Positions 1-43,726 of a stretch of 64,000 nt of DNA are shown one piece after another; within the stretch, counting starts at the first letter, position 1; the number at the start of each line of letters is the position of its first letter. The position numbers and the translations under genes were made by a program. The DNA comes from the human T2T-CHM13v2.0 reference genome, Homo sapiens. The notes below the pieces were generated by a model. It worked only from the letters and a program-made list of their open reading frames with translations. It ran no database searches and was not told the origin of the DNA. The DNA lies in NCBI RefSeq assembly GCF_009914755.1, contig NC_060947.1. The stretch is one strand, 5' to 3'.

Positions 1-125
1 TACTCAGGAGGCTGAGGCAGGAGAATTGCTTGAACCCTGGAGGCAGAGGTTGCGGTAAGCTGAGATCGTGCCATTGCACTCTAGCCTGGGCTACAAGAGT
101 GAAACTGCGTCTCAAAAAAAAATTT
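1..125 (+). mobile_element. Alu 3' end, cut by the window edge
   Basis: Right-arm consensus plus A tail. Confidence 0.9.
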
Positions 126-396
126 TTAAATAAAATAATCCAATTCAACATAAAATGATTTGTGTGGATTACTTAGTCAGCACTATATTTAGCTGCGGTA
201 ACTAGAAAAGGACAGACATTATGAGAGAACTATTTACTTAGGCTTTCACTGCCATGAAAATTTAGTCTTTAGCCTATAAAACTTAACCCCAGATTAAATT
301 CTGCATGGACCTTGCAACTGAGTAAAATCAAAGTGCATCTCATGTCAAACGCTATGTGCATAATTGAATTTTTGCAAACCTAATCATAATCTAAAC

Positions 397-622
397 CAAG
401 AGTCAGCAGGCTTTTTTAAAAAGGACCAGATAGCAAATATTTTAGGCTTTGCAGCCCATATGGTCCCCGTGGCAACTCTTCAGCTCTGCTGTTGTTACAC
501 AAAAGCAGCCATGGACAATATGTAAACAAATGGGCAGTGTGGCTGTGTTCCAATAAAACTTTATTTACAAAAACAGACAGCAGGGTAGATTTGGTCTACA
601 GGCTATAGTTTACTGACCCCTA
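397..622 (+). mobile_element. MER58A-like hAT-Charlie DNA transposon
   Basis: Termini caagagtc...gaccccta; internal ggctgtgttccaataaaactttatttacaaaaacag; 8-bp TSD atctaaac/atccaaac. Confidence 0.85.
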
Positions 623-1202
623 ATCCAAACATACTAGAAAACAGCTTGTTATGTAAACTAAATTTGAAAGAAGTTTTTTAAATTACATTAAAAAGTTCTT
701 TCATAATGTACTTCCCACGTCCCCACCCCTGCGCACTTTTTTTTCTTTCTTTTTTGTAAATTGAACTTAGAATATTGGATATGCTGCAAACAAAGCAAAT
801 CCATACCAAATGTCACTGTGACTGGAAGGACTCTTGAGCAATGATTTTGCTTAGTCTCCTAACGTGAAATAAATCTGTGTCTAAATTGTCTCAGAAAGAT
901 GACAATTTGATGATCCACTAAGAGTTACAAGAAAATTTGATCCAATATTGCCTTAATAATCCATGTTATCCTCAAAATAAAATCACTTTTTCTTATACCT
1001 AATCCCAACCTTCTCGACCTATCTTCCGTAGAAAGAGTAAACATCCAGCTTTTGACTTCCTTCAGTATTAACCACCTCTGGATGATAATTCATTCACAAA
1101 GTCAGCCTGAGGTCATCAAGGATCACTTGGCTATAGGTAGCATGTCCCCTTGGACGGCCCCTTAAAGCCACAAGTATTTTCATAGAGGCAATGATGTCTT
1201 AG

Positions 1203-1860
<658 letters not shown>

Positions 1861-1955
1861 TCTTATGCCTCTTTTAGCAGACTTTTATACCCATCCCCCT
1901 TCTCTTCCTGCAACATTCCAACCAAGTACAGTTTTAAAGAAATGGGAAAAAAGGG

Positions 1956-13631
<11,676 letters not shown>

Positions 13632-14321
13632 TGTTTCTACAGTTTCATATGCCTTGATTCTTCTAAATCATTTCAGACTCTCCTCTGGAGAATGCTACTC
13701 ATGTGTCATTGTCTTTTAGTTTTACTGAATATATCCATAATATTGTCACATAAAATATGTTCTCAAGCAACCCTGACTGAGGGAGGAAGAGGATTTCAAA
13801 TTAAATTACTACCCCTAAGCAGCCAAACACTGACTTACTAGCCAGCTGATCCCTATTTGTTCATATTTGGTCAGTTTCTCTTAAAAAGAGAAACTCTTTT
13901 TAATAGCAGACTATTAAAGCAGATTATTACCAGAGAGAGTCCATCTTGAGTTCATCTAAATTCCTAATCAACTCTTGCTTTCCAGAAAACTAAACTACTA
14001 CTACTCCTGTCAATGAAGAGTTAACAATTTTGTTTCTCAGATTACCATAATCCATAAACTCTTCAGTCTTTGTTAAAAATAAAGACATTTTGACCAGGTG
14101 CGGTGGCTCATGCCTGTAATCCCAGCACTTTGAGAGACTGAGGCAGGTGGATTATTTGAGGTCAGTAGTTTGAAACCAGCCTGAACAACATGGTGAAACC
14201 CTGTCTCTACTAAAAATATAAAAAAAAAAAAATTAGCTGGGCATGATGGTATGCACCTGTAATCTCAGCTACTCGGGAGGCTGAGGCACAAGAATTGCTT
14301 GAATCCAGGAGGCATAGGTTG

Positions 14322-14955
14322 TGAAATGACCTCATTGTCTGGAGTAACACCAGAGGTTCGTTGTCTCATGCCCACAGAGAACAAGGATGCAGACACACAG
14401 TGAGGTTGAGAGCAGAAGTTTAATAGGCGAAAGAAAGAGAATAGCTCTCTGCTTCTGAGATGGGTCCCAGAAAAATGGGTTGCTAGAACCATGGTGAAAT
14501 GCAGGGAGCTTTATAGATGAGCTGGTGAGGAGGCAGTGTCTGAGTTTCACAGGGCACGAAAGACTGGTTAGAACAGGTGTGCCATTTGCATAGGGTGTGA
14601 ATCTCTGGCCTTCCCCACCCTAATCTTTTATTATGCAGGCGGGTTCTCTGCCTGAGCTGTGTCATGTTGCCCATTTCTTTATTACTGTACACGTGGTAAC
14701 AAAAAAAGGGAAGATGGAGCCTCCATGTTGGACATGCCTCACCCCCAGGTAGCACTTTCCTATTGGCACAGGGGCTGGCATTCCCCCATGCAGGCTTCCA
14801 GCTTGCCTATCTATGTTTGCCGCTCTATTTTTCAGGCTGCTCTTTGTTAGGAAAAAATAATTTATTGGGCTTCTTTTTATTAGAAGGGAAGCCTTGCCAG
14901 GGACTCTTTTGCCCTCACTATCTGCCTAAATAATTTCTTTCTACCTCCTGTATCA
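14322..14955 (-). mobile_element. ERV1 solo LTR, LTR9-like, inserted in an Alu
   Basis: TG...CA termini; minus strand begins tgatacaggaggtagaaagaaattatttaggcagatagtgaggg; imperfect TSD gttg/cttg. Confidence 0.75.
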
Positions 14956-15256
14956 CTTGAGTGGAGAATGAGTGATTTTTTATTTCAGTACATAAAGCAT
15001 TTTTTAGTCTTTGTATAGCTAACTAGTGTTCCTGCACTCCAGCCTGGACGACAGAGTGAGACTCTGTATTCATAAATAAATAAATATAGATATTCATTCA
15101 AAAGGATAAATATTTAAATGTTTCTGATGCTGACTGTAATAAATTATTATACTTCTGAAGCAGAAATTATGTTCCTTTCCTCAATTTGAACGAAAAATGT
15201 GAGGCTATATTTCAGCTCTAAAGCTTACATTAGTTTAACTTTTAAAAAGCAGGTTA

Positions 15257-17383
<2,127 letters not shown>

Positions 17384-17631
17384 TTATAATAAAAAATTGA
17401 TTAGGAAATACTATTGAGCCATAAAAAGGAATGATATTTTGATAGATGCTACAACATAGATGGACCTTGAAAACATTATGCTTAATGAATAAAACAGAAG
17501 GACAAATACTGTGTGAGTCCACTTACAGGAGGTACCTAGAATAGATACATTCATAGAGACAAGAAAGCAGAATAGAAGTTGGCGGTGGGGAGCGCTGGGG
17601 AAGGAGGGAAAGGGGTGTTAATGTTTAATGG

Positions 17632-18455
17632 TGCTGATATTGTGAAATATACATCTTGTCTTCCTAGTCCATTTCCTGGCCTACAGCTCCCAAATCCCTT
17701 GCAATCTCTGGAGTGAAAAGTGTCTTTTATATGCTAATTAGTTGACTGCTAGCTGAGGACTCCTACATAGCTTTAGGATGGGAGCTGGTTTCACTGGAAA
17801 GACCTAGGCATGATTAGGGGGTTGGGACTTTCAGCTTCCTCCCCCAACCTCTGGGTAGGGGAAAGGGGTTGGAGGTTAAATTGATCACCAATGGCCAATA
17901 GTTTAATCAATCATGCATACACAGTGAAGCCTCCATAAAATCCCAAAAGGACTGAGTTCTGGGAGCTTCCAGATAGCTGCACAAGTGGAGGTTCCTGGAT
18001 GGTAGTGCATACAGAGAGGGCATGTAAGTTCCGCGCCCCTTCCCACATGTCTTGCCCTACGCATCTCTTCTATCTGGCTGTTCATCTGTATCCTTTGTAA
18101 CATCCTTTATAATAAATGGGTAAATGTAAGTAAAGTGTTTCCTTGAGAGCTGTGAGCCACTCTAGCAAAATAATCAAACCAGAAGGGAGAGTCATGGGAG
18201 CCCTGATTTGTAGCTGGTTTATCAAAAGTTTTGGAGGCCCAGACCTGTGACTGACATCTGAAGTGGGGGATAGTCTTGTGGGACTGAGCCCCAAACCTGT
18301 GGGATCTGACGCTATCTGATTGAATAAGCAGACACTCAGCTTGTGTCCACAGAATCACTTGTGGTATGTGGGGAAATACCCCCACACATCTGGTATCGGA
18401 AGTGTTGACTGTGTGAGAGTAGGGAAAAAACTTTGCTTTTTCCAATATCACAACA
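17632..18455. mobile_element. MER21-like solo LTR inserted in an L1MB 3' end (~17370-18630)
   Basis: Termini tgctgatattg...caatatcacaaca; perfect 5-bp TSD aatgg; the L1 continues across the site. Confidence 0.8.
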
Positions 18456-18830
18456 AATGGGTATAGAGTTTATGTGGGGATGATGAAAAAGTTTTGGGTG
18501 TAGATAGTGGTGATGGATACTGATTCATATCAAATACATATGAATGTATTTGATGCCTCTGAATTATACACTCAGAAATGGTTAAAATGATAACTATGAT
18601 GTGTATTTTACTACAATAAAAAATCAAAAAGGATACAGACAGCCAGGTGGAGTGGCTCATTTTCATTTTGATTTGTAGAAGTTGTTATATATTTTAGAGT
18701 ATTTGTATATTATATATGTGTCAAATATCTCCTTATATCCTTGATTTTAAACCTTGTTTATGGTGTCTTTTATGACACTAAACTTTTAAAAATTGATACA
18801 GTCAAAATTATTAATTTTTTTTTCTTTATG

Positions 18831-19528
18831 GTGTTACCAGCTGCAAGTCTGTATGGGTTTGCAGCAAACTCAATCCTAGCCTCCTTGGAGGAAAGAATTT
18901 GGCCAAGGGGCAGAAGTCAGTTCAAAGCAGAGGGAGAGAACAAGGCAAATTTTAGAGCAGGAGTGAGAGTTTATTAAAAAGTTTTAGAGCTGGAGTGAAG
19001 GAAGCAAAGTACACTTGAAAGAGGGCCAAGGGGGCAACTTGAGAGATTCAAGTGCCCTATTTGGCCCTTGATAGGGAGATTTATACATTGGCATGGTTCT
19101 GGAGTTTGTGTTTCTTCTCCCTTGATTCTTCCCTTGGGGTGGGCTGTCCACATGCATAGTGGCCTGCCAGCACTTGGGAGGGGCTGCATGCACTGTGTGT
19201 TTACTGAACTTGAGGCATTTTTCCCTTACCAGTCAAGCAGTCCCAGAGGAAAGTCATATACTGGTTAAACTCCACCATTTTGCCTCTTAGTGAACACGCT
19301 TGAGTCCACTTGCCCAACTCCTGAGATCTTATCAGGAAGCTGCTGATCACCAGCTCCAGGTGTTTTCTATGTATTGGGAGACTGCCTTTCCCTGGCACTG
19401 GCTGTGACCAATTGTCATTTTAGAGAGACAGTTAACAACACTTGACCATCACCTGATGGACACCTGACATTCCTGGGGGTGAGGCCCTCCCCTGCCCGCT
19501 CATGTCTGACTGACTACCTACTCTAGCA
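18831..19528 (-). mobile_element. MER50-like ERV1 solo LTR
   Basis: TG...CA termini; perfect TSD atgg; minus strand begins tgctagagtaggtagtcagtcagacatgagc. Confidence 0.8.
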
Positions 19529-19639
19529 ATGGTTTGTTGCTCCTTTGAGAAATCCATCCTATTAAAATAATAAACCATTCTCCTATATTTCCATCTGAAA
19601 AAGATAAATAAGATAGTTTGTTTTTTTAAAAAATATAAA

Positions 19640-24280
<4,641 letters not shown>

Positions 24281-24283
24281 TTA

Positions 24284-30024
<5,741 letters not shown>

Positions 30025-30399
30025 TAAAGCATTTCTCTGCTTTAATAAAAGCAATATAAAAAATAAATTCAGTGAATGAAGCAGAAAGGTTAAAAAGAAA
30101 AAGCCCTCTAAAATAGCAGTAACTTATTAATTCTAAATTCCTATTCTTTTTCTAACTATAAATTAGTATGTACTCACTGTAAAGACTTTGGACAATATAA
30201 AAATATTGGGAAAAAAGTGAAAATCCTGTATGTCAATCTCTCAAAGATAACTACTATGAATATTTGTGTGTATATTTATGCTCAGCTGGGTATTTTTTCC
30301 AAAAAATGGAATCACACTGTAACCTGATTTATCACTAACATGTGGATATCTTTCTAGACGAATTTATACAGCTCTACATTGCTCTTAATAATTGTATAC

Positions 30400-30568
30400 A
30401 GCTGGGCACAGTGGCACACACCTGTAGTCCCAGCTACTCAGAAGGCTGAAGTGGGAGGTTTGCTTGAGCCCAGGAATTCAAGGCTGTAGTGTTCGACGAT
30501 CACACCTGTGAATAGCCACTGCATTCCAGCCTGGGCAATACAACAAGACCCTGTCTCTTTAAAAAAAA
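30400..30568 (+). mobile_element. FAM-like fossil Alu monomer
   Basis: Monomer retaining the 7SL-like segment gatcacacctgtgaatagccactgca; degenerate TSD aattgtatac/aattgcatag. Confidence 0.75.
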
Positions 30569-30904
30569 TTGCATAGAATTCTATCATTTGAATATGACAT
30601 AATGCAGTAATAATAACTTAACAAAAACCAGGAGGGAAGACAGACTCTATTGTCTTCATCTTTCATTACAGGGAATTAGCAGATATTACCTAAAGTTGGT
30701 AAATAAAGACTAAAAAATTAAAGTATAACATTTAAAATAAAGGCAACCACTAGAAAAACTAAAAATCTATTAGCAATCAAAAGAAAGAAAGGAAAAACAA
30801 AGAATGTATACAAAATTCCTCTCCTTTCAGAGTGGACATTCAGTATATACTGTCTAAACTTAGATAATTAAAATAAGTATATTAAATATATATTTTAAAA
30901 GATT

Positions 30905-34471
<3,567 letters not shown>

Positions 34472-34484
34472 TCAGCAGAGTCTG

Positions 34485-34499
34485 TTTAATATCTTTAAT
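34485..34499 (-). terminator. Distal polyadenylation signals, two ATTAAA
   Basis: tttaat at 34485-34490 and 34494-34499; U-rich tract downstream on the transcript. Confidence 0.6.
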
Positions 34500-34653
34500 A
34501 ATTATATCATTTCTAAAGCTTTCCACAAAAGGGTATTACAGTTTTTTAACTTATTGCAAACATATCTTAAAAAAAAAAAGTCAGCCTTAATACTGAAACT
34601 ATAACATGAATTTTAAATTATGGACACATACCATAAAACACAATGAAGAACAT

Positions 34654-34659
34654 TTTATT
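34654..34659 (-). terminator. Proximal polyadenylation signal AATAAA
   Basis: tttatt on + strand; downstream on the transcript is UG-rich (ttgtgttttatggtatgtgt). Confidence 0.65.
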
Positions 34660-34962
34660 TAAATAAAAAGAGAATATTTCGCTAAGCAATAAACCCAACA
34701 TATTTCTTTTCTCTCCATATCTACATCCAATGGTGATATTTTATAGGCTAGTTTCTAAACAGATGCAAATTTTTACAAAGCGATGAAAGCCACGTTTTGC
34801 TCAGGAATACTACGGTTCACATACCATATAGGTTGTTTTACAGCAGATACTAGTTTGCCAAGCTTCAGATGGCAAAATGCTAAGTTGTGAATTGAGTATT
34901 GTCCAGCTAGTTGTTTCTCCTTGCCCTAGAGACTCTGGCAGTATGACTTTTGAGAGACTGCC

Positions 34963-34970
34963 TTATTGCT
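34963..34970 (-). promoter_or_regulatory. miR-137 8mer seed site (AGCAAUAA) in the FUNDC1 3' UTR
   Basis: ttattgct on + strand; miR-137 is a reported regulator of FUNDC1. Confidence 0.7.
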
Positions 34971-35020
34971 GCCACTTCTCTTCTCATAGTTGAATCCGTT
35001 ATGGGAGAATATTCATGTCC

Positions 35021-35098
35021 TTAAGATGCAAGTCCGAGCAAAAAGCCTCCCACAAATCCACTGGATATCACAATGTTCTGCTTGATAAATTCTGTTGC
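35021..35098 (-). CDS. FUNDC1: FUNDC1 coding exon 5 (ATEFIKQNIVISSGFVGGFLLGLAS*)
   Basis: Acceptor tttgtttcag|GCA; stop TAA at 35023-35021; total CDS 468 nt = 155 aa + stop. Confidence 0.97.
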   Translation of the reverse strand, partial: ATEFIKQNIVISSGFVGGFLLGLAS

Positions 35099-35127
35099 CT
35101 GAAACAAAGTTTAAACAAAAATACTCT

Positions 35128-37570
<2,443 letters not shown>

Positions 37571-38057
37571 GAGGTAAAAGGATAAAACAAAAACAAAGGC
37601 AAGGAAGTATTCAATTCCATTTTAAACAGTACAAAAGTAAAGGGTCAAATTACACCTGAAAACATTAATAAAATATATTAATCATATTAAAAAAACATAT
37701 TTTCAAACTATCCTCAAGAAAAAAAATGTGTACTTTTAAGTTTTACTACACCTGTACATGTTCATTTATAAAGGCAGAGGAAATATGTTGAAAAGAATGT
37801 TCTTAGTTTTTACAACAAGATCAAAGTGAGCTAGAGATATGCAGGGGAATCTATGATAACCACCAAAAAAAAAAAAATAATGACTGATTTAAGTAGTGGT
37901 GTGATCTCAAATTTTACTTAACACTCTAGATATATAACCAAAAACACCATTTTTAAAAAAGACAGTAATCCCCCCCGGTCACATTTTCTGCTAAGGGATA
38001 CCCATTAACCAAAAAAAGGAAAAAAAAAAAAAAAGTCAAAATTATATATCATCTTAC

Positions 38058-38186
38058 TTCTTCAATTAAATTGTTGATTTCAGGTGCTGCTTTGTTCGCT
38101 CGTTTCTTAATCTGTCTTTTTGCTTTATTTACATCTTTTTCAACTCTCTTCCAGTCAATCTGCACATAGCCACTATGACTAGCAAT
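38058..38186 (-). CDS. FUNDC1: FUNDC1 coding exon 4 ([43 protein letters not shown])
   Basis: Acceptor ttttttgcag|ATT; donor GAA|gtaaga; 129 nt, phase 0-0. Confidence 0.97.
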
Positions 38187-39446
38187 CTGCAAAAAATATA
38201 ATAAAAATTATCAATACTATACCAACTAGGTTGCTGACTATAATAGCCAAGAATATATAAACACTTAAGAGTTCTAGTAACCTATAAAACTTATAGCTAA
38301 GAAATTGCTTTTTCTCCACTAGTTTATTCATTTAACAGACACTAGTGCCTACCCTATGCTAAGTACTGAATAAGGGAGACATAAGCCCCTATCCTCAGAG
38401 AGCTTCAGGTCTGTTAGGGAAAACAGATATTAAGCATAAGTAAGTAACTAATTATTTAGATGTGATGAACAGTGTTTAGTACATGATGGGAAAATGATTC
38501 CAAAAACTGTCTTTTAACTATACTATCATTCTGTCACACCTTTTGGAATAGGGAATTAGTTAAAAAGATACAGAGATTATCTAGATTATATAGCTAATTT
38601 AAAAATACTTTTTAATTAAATAGATCTTTAATTATAAGGGATCATAAGCCAATCAGTTATTAGATCACTAAAGAAATTTAAGTAGCCTGGTAAGTATTTA
38701 AATAGCTCTCTTTACTTAAATTAAGAATACTTTCTGGTAATTGCTTTTGAAAGTAGAATATAAAACAAACTGCACTCTACACAAGTTTCATGCCATAAAT
38801 CCTTTTAATAAAACTATAGCTAAATGCCTATCATAAGAAAAATTATCATATGGTACTACTGAGAGACTGCAATATCTGAACAGGAACAACAGTGTGTGTG
38901 CAAGCCAGTCCAGTAACTCAGTGCCTCCAAATAATAAAATAGCCATATATACCATTATAAATCACTTCTGTCAAGCTTATGCTTTCTTTGTAATTTTTTA
39001 GTGCATCACTTTTCTTTTGCCATTTGCACCCTGAATGAACACACTGACTTTTAGCCACACAGAAAATACTTTAAATAATAAAAATATCTGATTTTGCATA
39101 AACAGGCTGACTAGAAATCTTAGGTTCTATTTTGTCTGTGAATGACTCCATAGAAGAATTTGTTTATCTGCATTTCTTCTTGTATTTATTCATCTACTAT
39201 CACTTCAAACTCCAGCCTCAGCAAAACAGTGGTGATCAAATCAAATGGCAAGTGAAGGCTTTTTCTGTTAGTACTTGATACAGCAATTTGAGTCACAGGC
39301 ATGGAGGTGATGATGAACCTTAGGAAAATTCTACATATAAATTGAAAAGACTTCTTATTGGCTTGCACTAAGTAATCAAAATAGTTGATTACTTTGAAGC
39401 TTTTGCAGAATTTTACTTTTTGCTGAATCTTAACATTTCTTCTTAA

Positions 39447-39752
<306 letters not shown>

Positions 39753-41050
39753 TGATCCACCCGCCTCGGCCTCCCAAAGTGCTGGGATTACAGGCATGAG
39801 CCACCGCGCCCGGCAGAACAAAAATATTATCTATACCACCACTCATCAGCAACTCCCAATTCAACTGTCATTTTCAAGACTTAACATTTTAAGTTACAAA
39901 GTTTTTTTTAAAAAGCTAATCTTCATGCCATGAGTTAAATTGGAAGTGAAATTAAAAAAACAAAAAACAAACCTTAACTATATTCCCTGGGTGAGACCCC
40001 TTATCCACCCCCCAATCCCCAGCAAATGAATAAAGGAAACCATTTTAATGAGACAGATTAAACAAATTCTCACAAACAGCATTCTATACACAAAATATTT
40101 TTACATAGCCATTTGTCACTGATAATTAGTAAACCCAGTGTTATCTGAGATAAAGATTTTGTATAATTTAAAGAATTCTCTACGTTTTGGGGGAAAATGT
40201 CAAACAGTTGCAAGGAAAATGAAAAACCTTGAGATGCTAAAGATACTAACGCCTCTTTGGAAGAAGACTTCCCTAACACCTCCAAGCAGACAGAGCGTCT
40301 TCCCTCTGCTCTCTCAGCACTAAACACACCCTTCTAGCTCAGCACTGACCATATGGGCTGTGAATCTCTATATCCCTAGAGTCCCAACTAATGCCAGATG
40401 AATGAGACATAGTAAATAAATGATAACAAAGACAATGAATAAAGACTAAATCTCAAAAGCTGTATTAACCAACCTGGCTCAAATAATGACTCTCAGCAAC
40501 AAAATGGATGAGCTAGATTATCCCAAAGGACCCAACCTAGCATGTCTACTAACAAGAGAATGATCTTTGATGCTGGAGTGATCTACCATCACTGAACAAA
40601 TTCCCTTGAGAATCTGTTCCCTTGCAGGAAAAATGAAAAACCTTGAGATGCTAAAGATATTAATGCCTTAAAAAAGAGAGAGAGAGATGAAGTCTCACTA
40701 TGTTGCCCAGGCTGGTCTTGGACTCTTGGCCTCAAGCCATCCTCCTGCCTTGGTCTCCCAAAGTGCTGGGATTACAGTGAGCCACGGCACCCAGCTGAGA
40801 AGTACACTTCTGATCAAACCGAAGAATACCAGTCTAAATTGAGCACCCTGCTCCAGTACAGAGATGACCAAGGACAAGCAATCTGCCCCAAGTGGGGTTC
40901 AGGTACAACCAACTTAACCAACCAATACATACAGGACCCAATTCAGTCTTGTCCACACAAAATTCATCTGCAACTACAAGGAAATGCAAGCCAACAGACT
41001 GGGGAGGGAATGGGGCAGTGATGACTGCTTTTTGAACATTTGACTTCCTA

Positions 41051-41470
<420 letters not shown>

Positions 41471-42065
41471 TCACCCCTGTACTCCTAGCACTTTGGGAGG
41501 CCAAGGTGGGCAGATCACTTGAGGCCAGGAGTTCGAGATCAGCCATGTCAACATGGTGAAACTATGTCAGTGAAACTAAAAACACAAAAAACTAGCTGGG
41601 TGTGGTGGCTCACACCTAATCACAGCTACTCAGGAGGCTGAGTTACAAGAATCAGGAGGCGGTTCTTGAACCCAGGAGGCGGAGGCTGCAGTGAGCTGAG
41701 ATCTCGCCACTGCATTCCAGCCTGGGTGAAAGAGGGAGACTGTCTCAAAAATAAATAAATAAATAAATAATAATGCCAGAGGCCAGGCTCGGTTGCTCAC
41801 GCCTATAATCCCAACACTTTGGGAGGGTGAAGCAGGCAGACTGCTTGAGCCCAGGAGTTTGAGACCAGCCTGGGCTATACGGCGAAATTCTGTCTCTACA
41901 AAAAATACAAAAATTAGCCAGACATGGTGGCATGCACCTGTAGTCCCAGCTACTTGAGAGGCTGAAGTGGCAGGATCGCTTGAGCCTCAGGAGTTCAAGG
42001 CTGCAGTGACCCATGGTCACGCCACTGCACTCCAGCCTGGGCCAGAGAGTGAGACTGTTTCCAGA

Positions 42066-42068
<3 letters not shown>

Positions 42069-42108
<40 letters not shown>

Positions 42109-42135
42109 CTTTCAGATGAAGATTCATGTTGGCCA

Positions 42136-42194
<59 letters not shown>

Positions 42195-42223
42195 CTTTCA
42201 GATGAAGATTCATGTTGGCCAGA
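42069..42223. repeat. Tandem duplication: two units of (CA)n + 31-bp unique sequence
   Basis: ggctttcagatgaagattcatgttggccaga is identical at 42107-42137 and 42193-42223. Confidence 0.95.
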
Positions 42224-42583
42224 AAGCTCTAAACAGGTAGATGGGGCTTTTTGCTTGTGAACTTCACCATATGCTGATCTAATTGGGCTGTTTCACTGCG
42301 GGAAATTCTGCCCACCCCCAACTCCTTATCTTTAGATCATTTTTCTTGGACTGGTCAGATTTCCCAGAGAAGGGAAAGCCCAATCCACATGTCCATATTG
42401 TTTAGAGCTTTCCATCAACTTTTAGTGCTCAATTCTTAAATATGAGCAGACAACCAAGGATCATCAGACTTGGAGGAAGGCCTTTAACTTGAAAACTAGA
42501 AACCAAAATAAACAAGCAGGAAAAAGGTTGGGGAGGGGGAACAAAACACCTTAGACAAACAGGGACTTGGTAGGAAGAAGCTT

Positions 42584-42586
<3 letters not shown>

Positions 42587-42621
<35 letters not shown>
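42587..42621. repeat. (CA)n microsatellite
   Basis: Direct reading. Confidence 0.95.
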
Positions 42622-42624
<3 letters not shown>

Positions 42625-42874
42625 GCTTGATCATTTATGTCCTCAGAGAGCTTAAAAAAGACAATGCACAACTGAAAGAGCTCTTAATGGCCAAAGCTGG
42701 TAAAATTTGAGCAATAAAAGAGCATTAGATTATAAACCAAAGTATAAAATAAATATCCATGAGTCCATATTGATATAAATAAATGACTGAATAAATAAGA
42801 GACAAACCTTCCAACAGACTATTTCTAAATAATTTATGTAGCTACTCTGCCTTCAGAAAGGTGGAGCATAATTA

Positions 42875-43096
<222 letters not shown>

Positions 43097-43337
43097 CTAC
43101 TCGGGAGGCTAAGGCACGAGAAACACTTGAACCTGGGAGACTGAGGCTGCCATAAGCCAAGATCACACCACTTGCACTCCAGCCTGGGCAACAGAGTGAA
43201 ACTCTGTCTCAGAAAAAAAAAAAAAAAAAAGGAACCCCAAGAGTACAGTATGAAAAGGGGGAAAAGCTGGTGGATCCTCTCATATGGGGATAGTAGGAAT
43301 ACTTTCTGGAAGGCTACTTGACAATCAAGAGGCTTAA

Positions 43338-43375
43338 ATATATATATGTGTGTGTGTGTGTATATATATATATAT
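43338..43375. repeat. (TA)n(TG)n(TA)n compound microsatellite at an Alu tail
   Basis: Direct reading. Confidence 0.9.
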
Positions 43376-43388
43376 TTTTTTTTTTTGA

Positions 43389-43726
<338 letters not shown>

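Noticed and set aside
30400-30568. Possible 7SL RNA gene or pseudogene
   Set aside because: Lacks the S domain; fits a FAM monomer
42069-42223. Repeat-spacer pattern resembling CRISPR
   Set aside because: Only two units, the spacers are (CA)n, the context is eukaryotic, and there are no cas genes
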